A stretch of DNA of 64,000 nucleotides from Octopus sinensis (lineage: Eukaryota): NCBI RefSeq assembly GCF_006345805.1, contig NW_021833035.1, forward strand, positions 23,479 to 87,478, written 5' to 3'. Shown piece after piece: positions 62,201 through 64,000 of this stretch. Numbering within the stretch: the stretch's first letter is position 1; each line of letters starts with the position of its first letter. Under the pieces are notes generated by a model, which was not told the DNA's origin, did not search any database, and saw only the letters and a list, made by a program, of their open reading frames with translations. The position numbers and the translations under genes were made by a program.

Positions 62201-64000
62201 TCCGGTTTGAACCGGTTTGATCCGGTTTGAACCGGTTTGTCGGCACCGTATTTGATCTTTGTCGGCACACTCCTTGATCTCTATTGGCACCGTCTTTGAT
62301 CTCTGTCGGCACCATCTTTGATCTCTGACATTCCTCACATTCCTGGCATTCCTGACATTCCAGACATTCCTGACATTCCAGACATTCCTGACGTTCCTGA
62401 CATTCCTGACATTCCTTACATTCCTGACATTCCTGACATTCCAGACATTCCTGACATTCCTGACAGTCCAGACATTCCTTACATTCTAGACATTCCTGAT
62501 ATTTGAACCGGTTTCATCCAGTTTCATCCAGTTTGAAACGGTTTGATTCTGTTTGAACCGGTTTGATCCGGTTTGATCCGGTTTGAACCGGTTTGATCGG
62601 GTTTGAACCGGTTTTATCCAGTTTGTCCTGGATTGAACCGGTTTGAACCGGTTTGATCTGGTTTGAACCGGTTTGTCGGAACCGTATTTGATCTTTGTCG
62701 GCACACTCCTTGATCTCTATCGGTACCGTTTTTGATTTCAGTCGGCACTGTCTTTGATCTCTGACTTTCCTCACATTCCAAACATTCCTGACATTCCAGA
62801 CATTCCTGACATACCTGACATTCCAGACATTCCAACATTCCTGACATTCCTGACATTCCTTACATTCCTGACATTCCTGACATTTGAACCGGTTTGATCA
62901 GGCTTGATCCAGTTTGAATGGGCTTGATCCGGTTTAAACCGGTTTGTCCGATTTTAACCGGGTTGATCCGGTTTGAAACGGTTTGATCCGGTTTGAACCG
63001 TTTTGATCCTGTTTGAACCGGTTTGTCGGCACCGTATTTGATCTTTGTCGGCACAGTCCTTGATTCTATCGGCACGGTCTTTGATCTCTGTCGGCACCGT
63101 CTTTGATCTCTGACATTCCTCATATTCGAAACATTCCTAAAATTCCAGACATTCCTGACATTCCTGACATTCCAAACATTCCTGACATACCAAAAATTCC
63201 TGACATTCTAGACATTCCAGACATTCCTGACATTCCTGACATTCCAGACATTCCAGACATTCCTGACATTCCTGACATTCCAGACATTCCAGACATTCCA
63301 GACATTCCTGACATTCCTGACATTTGAACCGGTTTGATCAGGCTTGATCCAGTTTGAACCGGTTTGATCCGGTTTGAACCGGTTTGATCCGGTTTGAACC
63401 GGTTTGATCCGGTTTGAACCGGTTTGATCCGATTTCATCCGGTTTGATCCGGTTTGAACCGGTTTGATCCGGTTTGTACCGGTTTGTCGGCACCGTCTTT
63501 GATCTTTGTCGGCACACTCTTTGATCTCTGTCGGCACCGTCTTTGATCTCTGACATTCCTCACATTCCAGACATTCCTGACATTCCAGACATTCTTGACA
63601 TTCCAGACATTCCTGACGTTCCTGACATTACTGACATTCCTTACATTCCTGACATTCCTGACATTCCAGACATTCCTGACATTCCTGACATTCCAGACAT
63701 TCCTTACATTCCAGACTTTCCTGATATTTGAACCGGTTTGATCAGGCTTGATCCAGTTTGAAACGGTTTGATCCCGTTTGAACCGGTTTGATCCGGTTTG
63801 AACCGGTTTGATCTCCTTAGGGACACCTCGTTGATCTCTTTCGGCACCCTCTTTGATCTTTTTCGGCACCCTCTTTGATCTCTTTCGGCACCCTCTTTGA
63901 TATTTTTCGGCACCCTCTTTGATCTCTTTCGGTACCCTCTTGATCTCGTTCGGGACTCCTCTTTGATCTCTTTTGGCACCATCTTCGATCTCTTTCGGCA
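59245..64000. repeat. Composite higher-order satellite: (10-mer GA[A/T]CCGGTTT)n + 4x22-mer + (9-mer GACATTCC[T/A])n
   Basis: The 22-mer blocks start at 59261, 59563, 59981, 60390, 60859, 61269, 61707, 62239, 62675, 63025 and 63486. The 22-mer expands after about 63820 and runs off the window. Confidence 0.95.

Noticed and set aside
59261-63560. CRISPR-like array (constant cassette with variable intervals)
   Set aside because: The intervals are themselves tandem repeats rather than unique spacers; eukaryotic context; no cas genes
59303-63982. Repetitive proteins (SGM/ECQ/RNV/DIP repeats)
   Set aside because: 10- and 22-bp units and frequent 1-bp indels shift the frame constantly; the scarcity of stops follows from the T-poor minus strand

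Overview
AT-rich, microsatellite-dense eukaryotic DNA. The SINE, LINE and microsatellite profile suggests a cephalopod (Octopus-like) genome; this is an inference, not a search result. One host gene is supportable: a + strand, 4-5 exon gene (about 40416-52356, all introns phase 1) encoding a small, probably secreted protein with three PAN/Apple-like domains. The rest is mostly decayed transposons (R4/Dong-type REL LINEs, one near-complete; RTE; Penelope-like GIY-YIG; mariner/Tc1; piggyBac; Chapaev3; Helitron; a Tx1/L1-like element; tRNA-derived SINEs), local segmental duplications, and a three-tier composite satellite from 59245 to the window end. The main unexplained signal is a set of about 11 type-I hammerhead ribozyme motifs from about 8 unrelated sequence families. 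They sit in TA-flanked Penelope pLTR/retrozyme-like elements, and most have a palindromic stem III. The best case is a young tandem element (34278-35507) with two intact hammerheads 582 nt apart. All calls come from manual reading and translation; no database search was run.
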